Below are positions 54,636 to 63,999 of a stretch of 64,000 nucleotides of DNA, piece by piece (position 1 is the first letter of the stretch; every line of letters begins with the position of its first letter). Under the pieces are notes generated by a model that was not told the origin of the DNA, did not search any database, and saw only the letters and a list, made by a program, of their open reading frames with translations. The stretch lies in the sequence record PV764603.1. One strand, written 5' to 3'. The position numbers and the translations under genes are program-made.

Positions 54636-57020
54636 ATGCCGCTGCCCACTTCCATCCAACCCATCATTGAGAATACTCCGGACATTCTCAAAGCATGTGT
54701 TGAAGTCTATCAGTCCATGTCTCTGCTACAGGACCGGGGCTTCATGTTCTTGAACGAGCAGATTGAATTGCTCACGTCTACGGGTCAGGTGGCACACGTC
54801 ACCACTGCGTATGGTACTCAGGTTGAGTTGCCCACGTATCATACTCTGGCAGCCACCTCGAACGCCTCTACGGAATTGGTGCAGCAGTTTCAGCGCCAAA
54901 TCTACGACGTGTTCACTAGCAACAACCCGACGGTAATCATTAGTGACGGTCTTGGTAACGACACTCAGGTGATCGGCTATCAGACCATGAACGACAAGGT
55001 TAACGCTACGTCGGACGTGGCTTCTATCGCCAACACCAACGCGCTCAACGCGCTGGGTAAGGCCACCGAAGCGCTGAACCGTGTTACCAACTCCGAGCTC
55101 AACGCCAACGTGGCTTTGGCGAACGGCACACCACCCACCTATCAGACGCGTTCGGTTCTCGATACTGTTACGACGATGCAACGCAATAGTATCGCCTACG
55201 TGATCGCTGATCCGGTTCCCACCAACAACACCATCTACCAGTACAACGGTACTGCATGGACTCCTCAGTATGATCGGCTGCTGACCGCCCTAGGTAGTCC
55301 GCGTGGCTATCTGGCCCCACTCACGGGCGCTATCTACCGTACCTATCAGAGCAAGCTAGAATCACTGGTTACTCCTGAAGACGTGGGGGCCAAGGGTGAC
55401 GGCACTACTGATGACGGTCCCGCCTTCATCGCCGTCGCTGCGAACGGGCGCCTGATTGTGCTGTCCCCCAACAAGACCTACCGTATCACCTCCAACGCCA
55501 CTGTAGGCAGCATCATGCCTAATGGCTCCAAGATTTCCATCGGTCCGGGCGCTACCCTGACTTTTGATGGCCTGATCGTGGACGATGCTACGGTTGTGTT
55601 TACGGGTGAGGGCAACGCCGTCAGCAGCACTAGCGTCTACAGCGTTGGCTGGTTCGCAGGTGATAGCTTTAACGCCAAGTGGCTCGCCATGAAGCGTGGT
55701 TTCACCCAGCAGGTAGTCAAGTACGTCACGCTGCCGATGCCGCACCGCACCGATCCTGCGGCAACTACCGCAGCTTCGGACGGTCAGGCACGTTGGAAGC
55801 TTACGGACTCTGTGGTCTTCAACAATACGGAATCTAACCTGATCGTCAATGCGCTGGGCGAATTCCTTGTGGACCAGTCCGCCTCGCTGTCGGCAGGTGC
55901 TTTCATCCTTGGCGAGCTGACTGCCCCCTCCAGCATCAACTTCCCGAACGGCTTGCGCGTCCTGTGTAACGGTAGTGCAACTTACGGTCTGCGTGTTCGC
56001 GGCGGTAGCAGCATCAGTTTTGAGGAACTACTGGTTCTGGATAGTGCCACCAACTCCGGTATCCTGTGGGACAACTACAACGGCCCGAGTCACCGAATCA
56101 GCTTCGACCGCGTGCGTATCGACGGCTTTGGTGTGGCAGGCGTAACCATCCAACCGCAAGGTGGCCCGAGCTACCCGAACCAGTCGCCTCCGATCACTTC
56201 GTGTTCGATCAATTCGCTGCAAACGCGAGGCGGTCGTAGCGGCTGCACGAACTTCGTCAAGATCGCGGGTAACGTGGATGGCCTGACCATCACCAACGTC
56301 CTTGAAGATCGTCCGTCGGGTAGCCTGCTGTTCGACTGGAGCGATTCCATGTTCTCGCTGACTAACACTCAGTACGGCACGATTGGTCGCTCCGGTTTGG
56401 AGATTGGTCACATTCAGGCGACCAGCACCCAGCTGCCCATCATCCGTGCGTTCGACAGCACTTCCGCTGCTGACCCTGCGAATGGCAAGATCACGTTCTC
56501 GGTAGAGCACATCTATCAGGCGTATCAGCAGAACATCGTTCCGGTCATCATGGAATACTCGAAGAACTGCACCATCGGACGTATCAACGCAGGACGCCCC
56601 ACCTCTAGTCAGGAAGTGCTTGTCCGTATCTTCCGCGACTGCGAGGGTATTTCTCTGACCGGTACACACTACACCGCTGTTCGTAGTCAGGCCCTGCGTA
56701 CTCAGTTTGACGGACGCTTCGGCATGGTGGACGTGGTGCAGCAGAACTCTGCGATCTTCACGGATCTAAACACTGCGGCACTGACGTTCAAGTTTGACCT
56801 AATCTGCCTCACCTCCGCGTCTACTTACGCTTCGGGTTGGGCAGGCGCCAACGCTCTCGATATTCCCACGTCGCTGACCAAGAATATCAACGTTGCCCAG
56901 GGTCCGCTGGAAGGAACGACCGGCCCTGAAAGCACCATCAGCATCAGTGCTGCGGAAAACAAGTTCTTTGTGGAAAACCGAACCGGACAGAATCAGCTCG
57001 TTGCGGTTCTCATGTCCTAA
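54636..57020 (+). CDS. tailspike / polysaccharide depolymerase (pectate-lyase-like beta-helix)
   Basis: VTPEDVGAKGDGTTDDGPAF motif followed by beta-helix-like sequence. Confidence 0.85.
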   Translation: MPLPTSIQPIIENTPDILKACVEVYQSMSLLQDRGFMFLNEQIELLTSTGQVAHVTTAYGTQVELPTYHTLAATSNASTELVQQFQRQIYDVFTSNNPTVIISDGLGNDTQVIGYQTMNDKVNATSDVASIANTNALNALGKATEALNRVTNSELNANVALANGTPPTYQTRSVLDTVTTMQRNSIAYVIADPVPTNNTIYQYNGTAWTPQYDRLLTALGSPRGYLAPLTGAIYRTYQSKLESLVTPEDVGAKGDGTTDDGPAFIAVAANGRLIVLSPNKTYRITSNATVGSIMPNGSKISIGPGATLTFDGLIVDDATVVFTGEGNAVSSTSVYSVGWFAGDSFNAKWLAMKRGFTQQVVKYVTLPMPHRTDPAATTAASDGQARWKLTDSVVFNNTESNLIVNALGEFLVDQSASLSAGAFILGELTAPSSINFPNGLRVLCNGSATYGLRVRGGSSISFEELLVLDSATNSGILWDNYNGPSHRISFDRVRIDGFGVAGVTIQPQGGPSYPNQSPPITSCSINSLQTRGGRSGCTNFVKIAGNVDGLTITNVLEDRPSGSLLFDWSDSMFSLTNTQYGTIGRSGLEIGHIQATSTQLPIIRAFDSTSAADPANGKITFSVEHIYQAYQQNIVPVIMEYSKNCTIGRINAGRPTSSQEVLVRIFRDCEGISLTGTHYTAVRSQALRTQFDGRFGMVDVVQQNSAIFTDLNTAALTFKFDLICLTSASTYASGWAGANALDIPTSLTKNINVAQGPLEGTTGPESTISISAAENKFFVENRTGQNQLVAVLMS

Positions 57021-57061
57021 CGTGGTGGTCACATGGACGTGACCCTTTCTTGAGGTGCACA

Positions 57062-57205
57062 ATGAAGCTATTGGTATTGATCGGAGTGCTAGCTCTGGCA
57101 GGCTGCAACTCGATGCCTACGCCGTCCAAGCCGCTGAACACTGGGGACGAAACGCAACCTCCTCCGGGTTGTGTGGAACTACGTAAGCAAGGAGGCAAGT
57201 GCTAA
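57062..57205 (+). CDS. 47-aa lipoprotein (not in ORF track)
   Basis: MKLLVLIGVLALAGC-NSMPTPSKPLNTGDETQPPPGCVELRKQGGKC; GAGG RBS; TAATG overlap with next gene. Confidence 0.8.
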   Translation: MKLLVLIGVLALAGCNSMPTPSKPLNTGDETQPPPGCVELRKQGGKC

Positions 57206-57627
57206 TGGCCCTGTCGGTACAAGATTACACGGCACTGCGACGCATCCACTCCAAGGCAATGTCTGCCTTCAAGTATGTGTCGGACAAAACCAAATGGGGA
57301 CTGGTAGAGTATTGGGAACCCGAGGACGTACTGTTCCCCGTAGGTGCTAGGTTTACGGGAGATTGCGAAGAATTCGCTAGAGTGTGCATGCAGGAAAGCA
57401 TCAAGGCCGGTTACAAAGCACGGCTCGTTGCATGCCTTACTGAAGGTGGCGAAGGCCACTGCATCTGTGAGGTGGCGGATGAGGAAGAAACGGGATCGTT
57501 CTTCTTAGACAACCGCAAGACCAACATCGTTACCAAACTGGGATTGACTGGCTACAAGTTCTACAGCGTGTCGCCTTGGAATCCCCAATTTAGCGAGACT
57601 CGGCCGTGGAGGCTGGTCAAGGAGTAA
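57205..57627 (+). CDS. bacterial transglutaminase-like cysteine peptidase (BTLCP/C93-like)
   Basis: EYWEP, GDCEEFA (Cys), GEGHC (His), FLDN (Asp) triad. Confidence 0.88.
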   Translation: MALSVQDYTALRRIHSKAMSAFKYVSDKTKWGLVEYWEPEDVLFPVGARFTGDCEEFARVCMQESIKAGYKARLVACLTEGGEGHCICEVADEEETGSFFLDNRKTNIVTKLGLTGYKFYSVSPWNPQFSETRPWRLVKE

Positions 57628-57630
57628 GGT

Positions 57631-57849
57631 ATGTCGCTGGTTCCAACCAACACACCACGGCAAAAGATCGCTGCCAAATACAATCCTAGAATCACTAGGA
57701 TTCGGAAGCAGAAAGCGCAACTGCGCAAGTCCTTGAAGAACGCCAATACGGCACAGCGCAAGGTCATCGGTAACAAGATTCTGGCCATGAGTAATCAGAT
57801 CGCTTTGCTTACGGTACAGCGCAACCGCGAGTTGCAGCGCCTCCGATAA
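57631..57849 (+). CDS. small basic coiled-coil protein
   Basis: 72 aa, Arg/Lys-rich. Confidence 0.65.
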   Translation: MSLVPTNTPRQKIAAKYNPRITRIRKQKAQLRKSLKNANTAQRKVIGNKILAMSNQIALLTVQRNRELQRLR

Positions 57850-57852
57850 GCC

Positions 57853-57888
57853 AAAAGAAAAGGGCCACCCCTTTCGGAGCGGCCCTTA
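57853..57888 (-). terminator. terminator for the minus-strand block
   Basis: Minus strand AAGGGCCGCTCC-GAAA-GGGGTGGCCCTT then TTCTTTT (two G-U pairs work only on minus). Confidence 0.75.
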
Positions 57889-57930
57889 TGTTGTTGGGTT
57901 GGACTGCAAGGATGCTAGTGTCCAGGAGTT

Positions 57931-57960
57931 AAGGGGAGCACGATGCTCCCCTTCTTTTTT
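57931..57960 (+). terminator. terminator of the late operon
   Basis: AAGGGGAGCA-CGA-TGCTCCCCTT-CTTTTTT. Confidence 0.85.
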
Positions 57961-57961
57961 A

Positions 57962-58663
57962 TCAGCCCTCGTACTCGTCAGCGTCAACCGGAGACGACTG
58001 CTTACGCAGCATCTGGCGTTCAGCCCAGCGGGCCAGCTTATCGAAGTTCTTGATCTTGCTGGCTTCCTCGAAGACATAACGGTAGTCGGCCGCAGACAGA
58101 CGTTCATCGCCACAGTTCTTGATGGACGCGTGCACTGCATCCATGTTCATATCCTTGGCCTGAACCATGATGTTCAAGATGACCGGATTGATCTGATTGG
58201 CGATCACCACGTCGTTCTCTGCATCCGGGTTGCGAATCGGCTTGCGGTTGCGATCACCCAGCGCTGCCGGGGTCTTGCCACTGCCACCGTTCTCAATGCC
58301 CATCGACGCATTGATGACCTCGTTACGGATGTTCTGAATACGTGCATGCTCCGCACGTGCATCGCTGCGCTCCATGAACTTGTTGGCCGCTTCCGGGTCG
58401 ATGATGAGCAGCAGACCGCTGTTGACCGCACGCTTGAACGGAGCCGAATTGACGATCACGTCACGGTCGCCGATTTCAACAAGGTTCTGAGGAATGAAGG
58501 AAGCTTCAATCATCAGTCGGTTGTTGTCGTCGATGTGCAGGGACACGCGCGAGCTATCCGAGTGTGCATTCACCGCCATGCGGTTTACGTTCAGCACCCA
58601 CAGTTCGTCGTGCTCCGAACGAATGGCGTCCATGATGGTGATGGCGTGGTTTTCAAGACTCAT
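57962..58663 (-). CDS. hypothetical protein (233 aa)
   Basis: Long ORF with strong codon bias; no motif recognised. Confidence 0.75.
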   Translation of the reverse strand: MSLENHAITIMDAIRSEHDELWVLNVNRMAVNAHSDSSRVSLHIDDNNRLMIEASFIPQNLVEIGDRDVIVNSAPFKRAVNSGLLLIIDPEAANKFMERSDARAEHARIQNIRNEVINASMGIENGGSGKTPAALGDRNRKPIRNPDAENDVVIANQINPVILNIMVQAKDMNMDAVHASIKNCGDERLSAADYRYVFEEASKIKNFDKLARWAERQMLRKQSSPVDADEYEG

Positions 58664-59163
58664 GAGAAATCTCCGATGGGTTTAAGGATTTGATACTCCG
58701 CCTTTGTCAGGTTCAATACCCTGCGCAGGCGGTGATTGTGGGCATTGAGGAAAGCCAAGTCGCCTTCCTCTAACTTTTTGATTCCCGACAGGAATGCCTT
58801 CCAGTTCTTTCTAGACAAGGCAGCTATGAACTTGCTGACGGACCATTTCGATTGGCTAAACCAAGGCGAAGCTAGTTTGTCTCTGCACAGCTGCTCAATG
58901 TCATCCGGTAGCACTGTCGTGGCATACGGCACGCGCTCTAGGAATGTTGCATACTCATCGAGAATCAGGATGCGGGCTATTCTTAACTTACCTCTCTCCC
59001 GAGAGGTACGCAGGGCAGCTAACGTGATGCCCTTGGTGGTTGCAATGAGCTTCGGGGTAGTAACACCTTTGATGCACATTCCCTGAGCCCAATACATGCA
59101 GGAGAAGTTCCCACATGATCCTGTATAAGAAGTACCGATAAGTGGACAGCGAAGCTTTGTCAC
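58660..59163 (-). CDS. Cys-rich N-terminus plus HTH-like region, possible transcription factor
   Basis: CP...SCGNFSCMY...MC; ITLAALRTSRERG. Confidence 0.6.
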   Translation of the reverse strand: MTKLRCPLIGTSYTGSCGNFSCMYWAQGMCIKGVTTPKLIATTKGITLAALRTSRERGKLRIARILILDEYATFLERVPYATTVLPDDIEQLCRDKLASPWFSQSKWSVSKFIAALSRKNWKAFLSGIKKLEEGDLAFLNAHNHRLRRVLNLTKAEYQILKPIGDFS

Positions 59164-60398
59164 TTTCTCCCTTTCCGACTAATAGCTTTGAGTAGCTTGT
59201 TCAAAGTTGCCTTGGTGAATTGGTAGTGGGGCAGGCTGTAATATAGCTCGGACGCATACACACCAATAAGCATCGCATCAATAACGTGAGGCTCTTGATC
59301 CGTTTGCTTGTATACGTCCTCAAGGTTGAACTTGGCGTTGAATGCGTTTTTCCACTGCGACGCAGGGAATACCACAGTCGGTTCTTTCGTTCGTACCATG
59401 AATGCCCCGATCATTGCGTTCACTGCTTCCATCGTGGTGCCGTTCAAGCCCATGCGATACATGAACCTTTCCGCCGCCCACGCAGAAGCACCGAACTCCT
59501 GACCTAGTGACTCAATCTCATTCAAGAAGCTCAATACTTGCATTCGATGTTCGCTTCCGACCATCGACTTAACTGTGCTGTTGATCTTCCCTGATCCACG
59601 TACTACTGGAAGTTTTCCATACTCCACGTTGAGGCATGCCCATGCACAGTTGGACGTACCTGGGTCGAGACTGAGAATGGTCATCATTGGCCGCTCAACA
59701 CGGCGAATGATTCCCGCAACCCAATCGAACCCTGATCTGAACCACCCTTCGGGAAGCTCATAGGCATTGCGTCCCTTGACCACAAAGACGCGCAGCTTTT
59801 TCTTCTTTCCAGCTTTAGCCAAACTGACGAACTTGTCCCATTCCGAGTACAGCTTGTTTACGCTCACTGCACAGATGGGGGCGCCGTTGGCCATAGCAGA
59901 CGGAACATAGTGGCGGACGATCTTGTCAGTGGTAAAGGCGATGGAATCCCCATCCCTAGCCGCCGTGATCTTGCCACGTATACAATTAGTCGGAAGGCGT
60001 CCTGAGCGATATTTGGCAGGTAGGGCCTTGCATTTGGGGCAGCTGTCGAACTTGGTAGCCGCAGCCCAATTATGTGCCGCCACGAACTGCTTGTTGCACA
60101 CCTTGCACAGGTAACGCCGTCCTTTAGCCTCAATCCGAATGGGTAGCACACGGTCGAATTTCTTGATGACCCGAGCTATCCATTCGGCTTGCTGCTGGCC
60201 TCCTGCATACATGCAAGCCTGACACTTGCCTGCACTCGACAACATAACCCGAGGGCTACGATTGAACGTCTTGCCACACCCCACGCACTTGTGGGCTATG
60301 GCTATGTCCCTGCCTCGATACTTACCCAGCATCAAGTTGGAACCAAATCGCTTAGTCAGCGCCGCAGTGTAGGCCGCTGCCTTAGCCCCTTTTGCCAC
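59160..60398 (-). CDS. Zn-ribbon N-terminal extension fused to RuvC-like Holliday junction resolvase
   Basis: C-terminal 176 aa: ILSLDPGTSN (D), AAERF (E), ASQWKN, HVIDAMLIG (D); N-terminal four CxxC pairs. Confidence 0.8.
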   Translation of the reverse strand: MAKGAKAAAYTAALTKRFGSNLMLGKYRGRDIAIAHKCVGCGKTFNRSPRVMLSSAGKCQACMYAGGQQQAEWIARVIKKFDRVLPIRIEAKGRRYLCKVCNKQFVAAHNWAAATKFDSCPKCKALPAKYRSGRLPTNCIRGKITAARDGDSIAFTTDKIVRHYVPSAMANGAPICAVSVNKLYSEWDKFVSLAKAGKKKKLRVFVVKGRNAYELPEGWFRSGFDWVAGIIRRVERPMMTILSLDPGTSNCAWACLNVEYGKLPVVRGSGKINSTVKSMVGSEHRMQVLSFLNEIESLGQEFGASAWAAERFMYRMGLNGTTMEAVNAMIGAFMVRTKEPTVVFPASQWKNAFNAKFNLEDVYKQTDQEPHVIDAMLIGVYASELYYSLPHYQFTKATLNKLLKAISRKGRK

Positions 60399-60564
60399 AA
60401 ATCCTCCGAAATTGGCGGTTAAACGTGCTATAGCTGGGATTGTCTAGATAGCCCCAGCAGTTAATTTTAGATGACAGGCAAGCTCCCCTTGAACGTAGCG
60501 GGACGCTTCCTACGCCTATTATTTACAGTATTGCCCTGAACCGATTTCCTCATAAGAGTTGCTC

Positions 60565-61797
60565 ATGGCCACTAGAGTTTCACGGCCGAAAAGGCCATAT
60601 CTACCTCCCAAGAATAATCGGTTGGTGAGTGTAGGGCAGCGTAATCTACAAGCCCTGCATCACAACAATCGACAGAACGTAATCAACGCCATCAGCGCTA
60701 CCGGGTACCCCATCACCCTCTACAACACTCTGAGGACGGGCATCAAATGTAGCTGCATGTTCGTACAGCAACCTCCGAACCAACTCCTAGATCAAGAGGG
60801 GAAGCTTTCGGAAAGCAATATGAACGCGCTTCTTGAGCCTAGCTCTGGCCTACTTGATTACGGACAAGACACGCTACCCTCTGAGAACCTGCAATCGGTT
60901 CTTCCGGTGGAGCGAATCGCGCTCAACGATACTTCGCGTCCGATCCTGAATCCATACGAGCGCGCCGAACGCACTCAATTTGACCACATCGACACATCCA
61001 CTGCACAGATGGATCGGATGGTGGACGATTGGGATACGCTCGAAATGGATACGGAGTTTGACGCAGTGCTGACCCCTGAACGCTTCATGGCTAATCAGGG
61101 ACGCGCCTGCGCCGTGTGCTTCGGTACGGGTTACGTGGGTGGGTACGAACTGCTGCATGGCACTCGACTCATCCTGACGCCTCTGCATCCACATGAGCGC
61201 TCGGACACGATTGTACTTGATCGCAACGCCAGTCCTAACACGTTTGACAGCATGACGGAAGGTTGGGTTCGTTTCCAAGTCACGCTGCCGCGAGGCACTG
61301 ACTACGCCCTATTCCCCCGACTGTTCAACAACACGATCCCCATCCCCTACAAGGAATGGAAGCTGTTGGATAACGAGGGCATTCGGATGGACCCTGCACG
61401 TATCAAGGAATTGTGCATTGGTAAACCGATCTTCATTGAGGTACACGTAGGTAAGCTAGTGTTCACCCATCTGGAGATTCTTCTCAGCGGTCGGCCTCAG
61501 AATCAGCCGCTCAAAGCAGACAGTCCTGAAATCCAGACGATCACTGACGTGAACCGAATGGACGCCAAGACGCCTGTTACGTGGATTCTCGGTGGCACCT
61601 ACAATATCTCCAAGCGCGCTGTGGTGATTGACCACTTGCCGGGAATGAGTAGGCACTGGCGAGTCAACGACATTCAAGCCCGTCGGGATAACCTCAACTG
61701 GATTTACGAAGAGACTCTATCGAGTCGATTGGTTGATCTGTACGAAATCACCCAACTCCTACGTCCTGTCCGTTATGAAACGGCCCCACTAGACTAA
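60565..61797 (+). CDS. head-closure/neck-like protein with Zn-binding motif
   Basis: GYPITLY...CSCM...CAVCFGTGYVGGY pattern as seen in large myovirus neck genes (recollection, not searched). Confidence 0.55.
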   Translation: MATRVSRPKRPYLPPKNNRLVSVGQRNLQALHHNNRQNVINAISATGYPITLYNTLRTGIKCSCMFVQQPPNQLLDQEGKLSESNMNALLEPSSGLLDYGQDTLPSENLQSVLPVERIALNDTSRPILNPYERAERTQFDHIDTSTAQMDRMVDDWDTLEMDTEFDAVLTPERFMANQGRACAVCFGTGYVGGYELLHGTRLILTPLHPHERSDTIVLDRNASPNTFDSMTEGWVRFQVTLPRGTDYALFPRLFNNTIPIPYKEWKLLDNEGIRMDPARIKELCIGKPIFIEVHVGKLVFTHLEILLSGRPQNQPLKADSPEIQTITDVNRMDAKTPVTWILGGTYNISKRAVVIDHLPGMSRHWRVNDIQARRDNLNWIYEETLSSRLVDLYEITQLLRPVRYETAPLD

Positions 61798-61805
61798 AAC
61801 AACTT

Positions 61806-63113
61806 ATGAACAAGCTAAAGCGTCTCGGTCAGTCTACGGTGACTGCTCTCACTGATTATCAGTTCCGCACTGTGGGTGAAGTGGAAAAGGTTCTGGCAAG
61901 CATGCCGCTGCCTACGATGGAAACTGCCACGTCCCTGCGTCGTCTCCCCATCTCCGACTCGAAGGAAGAAGTCCCCGTTGAGGACAACAAGCCAGAAGGT
62001 TGGACGCCGGGCCAGCGCCTGTCCACCAACAAGTTCAAGCATACTGGTGTTCCGGGTGAGCCGGTCAAGTTCAATCAGCGTGAATCGCGCGAGATTCGGG
62101 CCCTGACCAACCTGCACCACGACTTGGCGGATCAGGGCGAGAAGATCAACTCTCTCAAGGTCAACGCCCTAAATTCGTTCAAGGGTTCCAAGTTTGAATC
62201 TCAGATGGAACGCGCTCTTGGCCTGTTCGACAAGCGCGAGCGCGAACTGCTGGAACACGAACTGGACGCACACGGTCGCCTGCACGAAATCGCAGAGAAT
62301 GCGATCCCCGAGGACGCCCGTGTCACGTTCAACAAGACGGTCAACCCCATCGTCAAGAATCTGGCAGGCAAGTACAAGTCGCTGACCCGTCGCTACACCG
62401 TGACTCTGCTGCCGTCGGATCAGAATGTGGTGCAGTTCCAGCTGATCGTCTCGCTGGAGAAGCTCAAGAATGACAAGGGCTTTGTTTACCCGCACTTCTA
62501 CATGATTGTCACCTGTATTATCGACAATCGGAATCATTACCACTACTACGTGGACACTTCGACGGCCAAGCCGGTTCCCAATGTGACTCCTATCGAGCAC
62601 GAAAGCCGTGGCTTCTCCTTCACCAAGGCTGATGACGGTCGCCGCCTGCTGCAATCGCACCTGCTGGTGGACGAAAGCATCGACCTGAGTATCCCGACTG
62701 AACTGCCGCGCAGTAAGGAAGAGATTGAGGGCACCAAGTTCCGTAACGACAACATCCGCACGGTCAAGGTCAACGCTGACGATCACACGATCACGTTTAC
62801 CACGGATAAGGATGTTGGTCCTAAGCTGGTGGACAAGGTGGTAAAGGACATTCTCGCCGATCTTGCTGGTCTGTTCCTGAGCAAGAACCTGCATGAGAAG
62901 ATGAAGCACAAGGTAACCAAGCTGAGCACCGGCGGTTACAAGGTGGTGGTGTGGGTTGGTACTCCGACTGCTCGCATCGGTAAGGAGTATCAGGCAGACA
63001 GCCATCGTCTCGACGTGTTGCAGCACGATCTGGGTCTGGATGAAACTCAGGTCAATCAGATTCGCCGCATGCTGCGTGGCCGCTCGCAGATTCGTATTCC
63101 GGATCATGAGTAA
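61806..63113 (+). CDS. putative virion protein (435 aa)
   Basis: Late-type codon bias; no family recognised. Confidence 0.75.
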   Translation: MNKLKRLGQSTVTALTDYQFRTVGEVEKVLASMPLPTMETATSLRRLPISDSKEEVPVEDNKPEGWTPGQRLSTNKFKHTGVPGEPVKFNQRESREIRALTNLHHDLADQGEKINSLKVNALNSFKGSKFESQMERALGLFDKRERELLEHELDAHGRLHEIAENAIPEDARVTFNKTVNPIVKNLAGKYKSLTRRYTVTLLPSDQNVVQFQLIVSLEKLKNDKGFVYPHFYMIVTCIIDNRNHYHYYVDTSTAKPVPNVTPIEHESRGFSFTKADDGRRLLQSHLLVDESIDLSIPTELPRSKEEIEGTKFRNDNIRTVKVNADDHTITFTTDKDVGPKLVDKVVKDILADLAGLFLSKNLHEKMKHKVTKLSTGGYKVVVWVGTPTARIGKEYQADSHRLDVLQHDLGLDETQVNQIRRMLRGRSQIRIPDHE

Positions 63114-63999
63114 GCTTCGGCAGGTGCTGGTAGTGCAGGCGGACAAGGGCAACAACGTAGATGACCCCAACATTACTCAGGACAGCACGGCGCTGGACAA
63201 TCACGAACTGGCAATCTTCGGATTCGGCAAGAAGGCAGCGCATGAACGCAAGCGCACTGCTTTCTACAAGCACCAAGACTCCGAAGTCGAGCACCTGAAA
63301 AATCACGCACGCTCTACCGGCTTCAACGGACACATCATGCGCGGTGGCAAGTTCACCAAACGATACATCGCGCACATCAAGAAAGTGAATGACCCTGCCA
63401 TCGCCCACCGGGTCATTCAATTCCATCACAAGAACCAGCTTGGTGTGAAGCATCGCCTTGGCTATCATCATGGCTTTACTACCGCAGTAGTAGACGCCGG
63501 ACCTGATCCGCACACGGATGACTTCCACGATCTAAACGCGGAGCATTCCATGACTGAGAAGACTGAAAACGCTGCACTGTGGAACGGTGAAGCAACGCAC
63601 ACGATGGGTGACAACCTTGGCGAGATTATGGACGGTCGCCAGTTTGTTGGTACCTTGCTTGACTACGAGTTCAACGAAGTGCCCGTGTGGTATCAGCCGC
63701 GCAACAACACGCACTTCCGAGGTTCCTCCACACTGGTGATCCCTGATCGCACGGTGGCCTACGGTAACTGGAAGGTTCTGTCTACCAACGGCAAATTCCA
63801 CGTGCGCAAGCTGCGTGCTTTCCTCGACAAGCAGCTGCCGCCCGACCGTCGTACGCCTGACTACAAGGCACTCAAGATCGAAATCAATCCGTCGGAGCTG
63901 GTCAAGTCCGTGGACACCACGATCCAGCCCAAGACTCAGGTGGACCTGACGGGTGGCACGATGAAGGTCACTCAGGATCGCCGCCTGTGGGACGATGAA
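63106..63999 (+). CDS. His-rich putative virion protein, truncated by window end (not in ORF track)
   Basis: Open frame from ATG 63106 (MSKLRQVLVVQADKG...) to the end of the window with no stop. Confidence 0.8.
   Translation, partial: MSKLRQVLVVQADKGNNVDDPNITQDSTALDNHELAIFGFGKKAAHERKRTAFYKHQDSEVEHLKNHARSTGFNGHIMRGGKFTKRYIAHIKKVNDPAIAHRVIQFHHKNQLGVKHRLGYHHGFTTAVVDAGPDPHTDDFHDLNAEHSMTEKTENAALWNGEATHTMGDNLGEIMDGRQFVGTLLDYEFNEVPVWYQPRNNTHFRGSSTLVIPDRTVAYGNWKVLSTNGKFHVRKLRAFLDKQLPPDRRTPDYKALKIEINPSELVKSVDTTIQPKTQVDLTGGTMKVTQDRRLWDDE

Noticed and set aside
59160-60398. RuvC plus Zn fingers as a TnpB/Cas12-type effector
   Set aside because: Zn motifs lie N-terminal to a compact, uninterrupted resolvase-type RuvC; no CRISPR array or transposon ends are seen nearby
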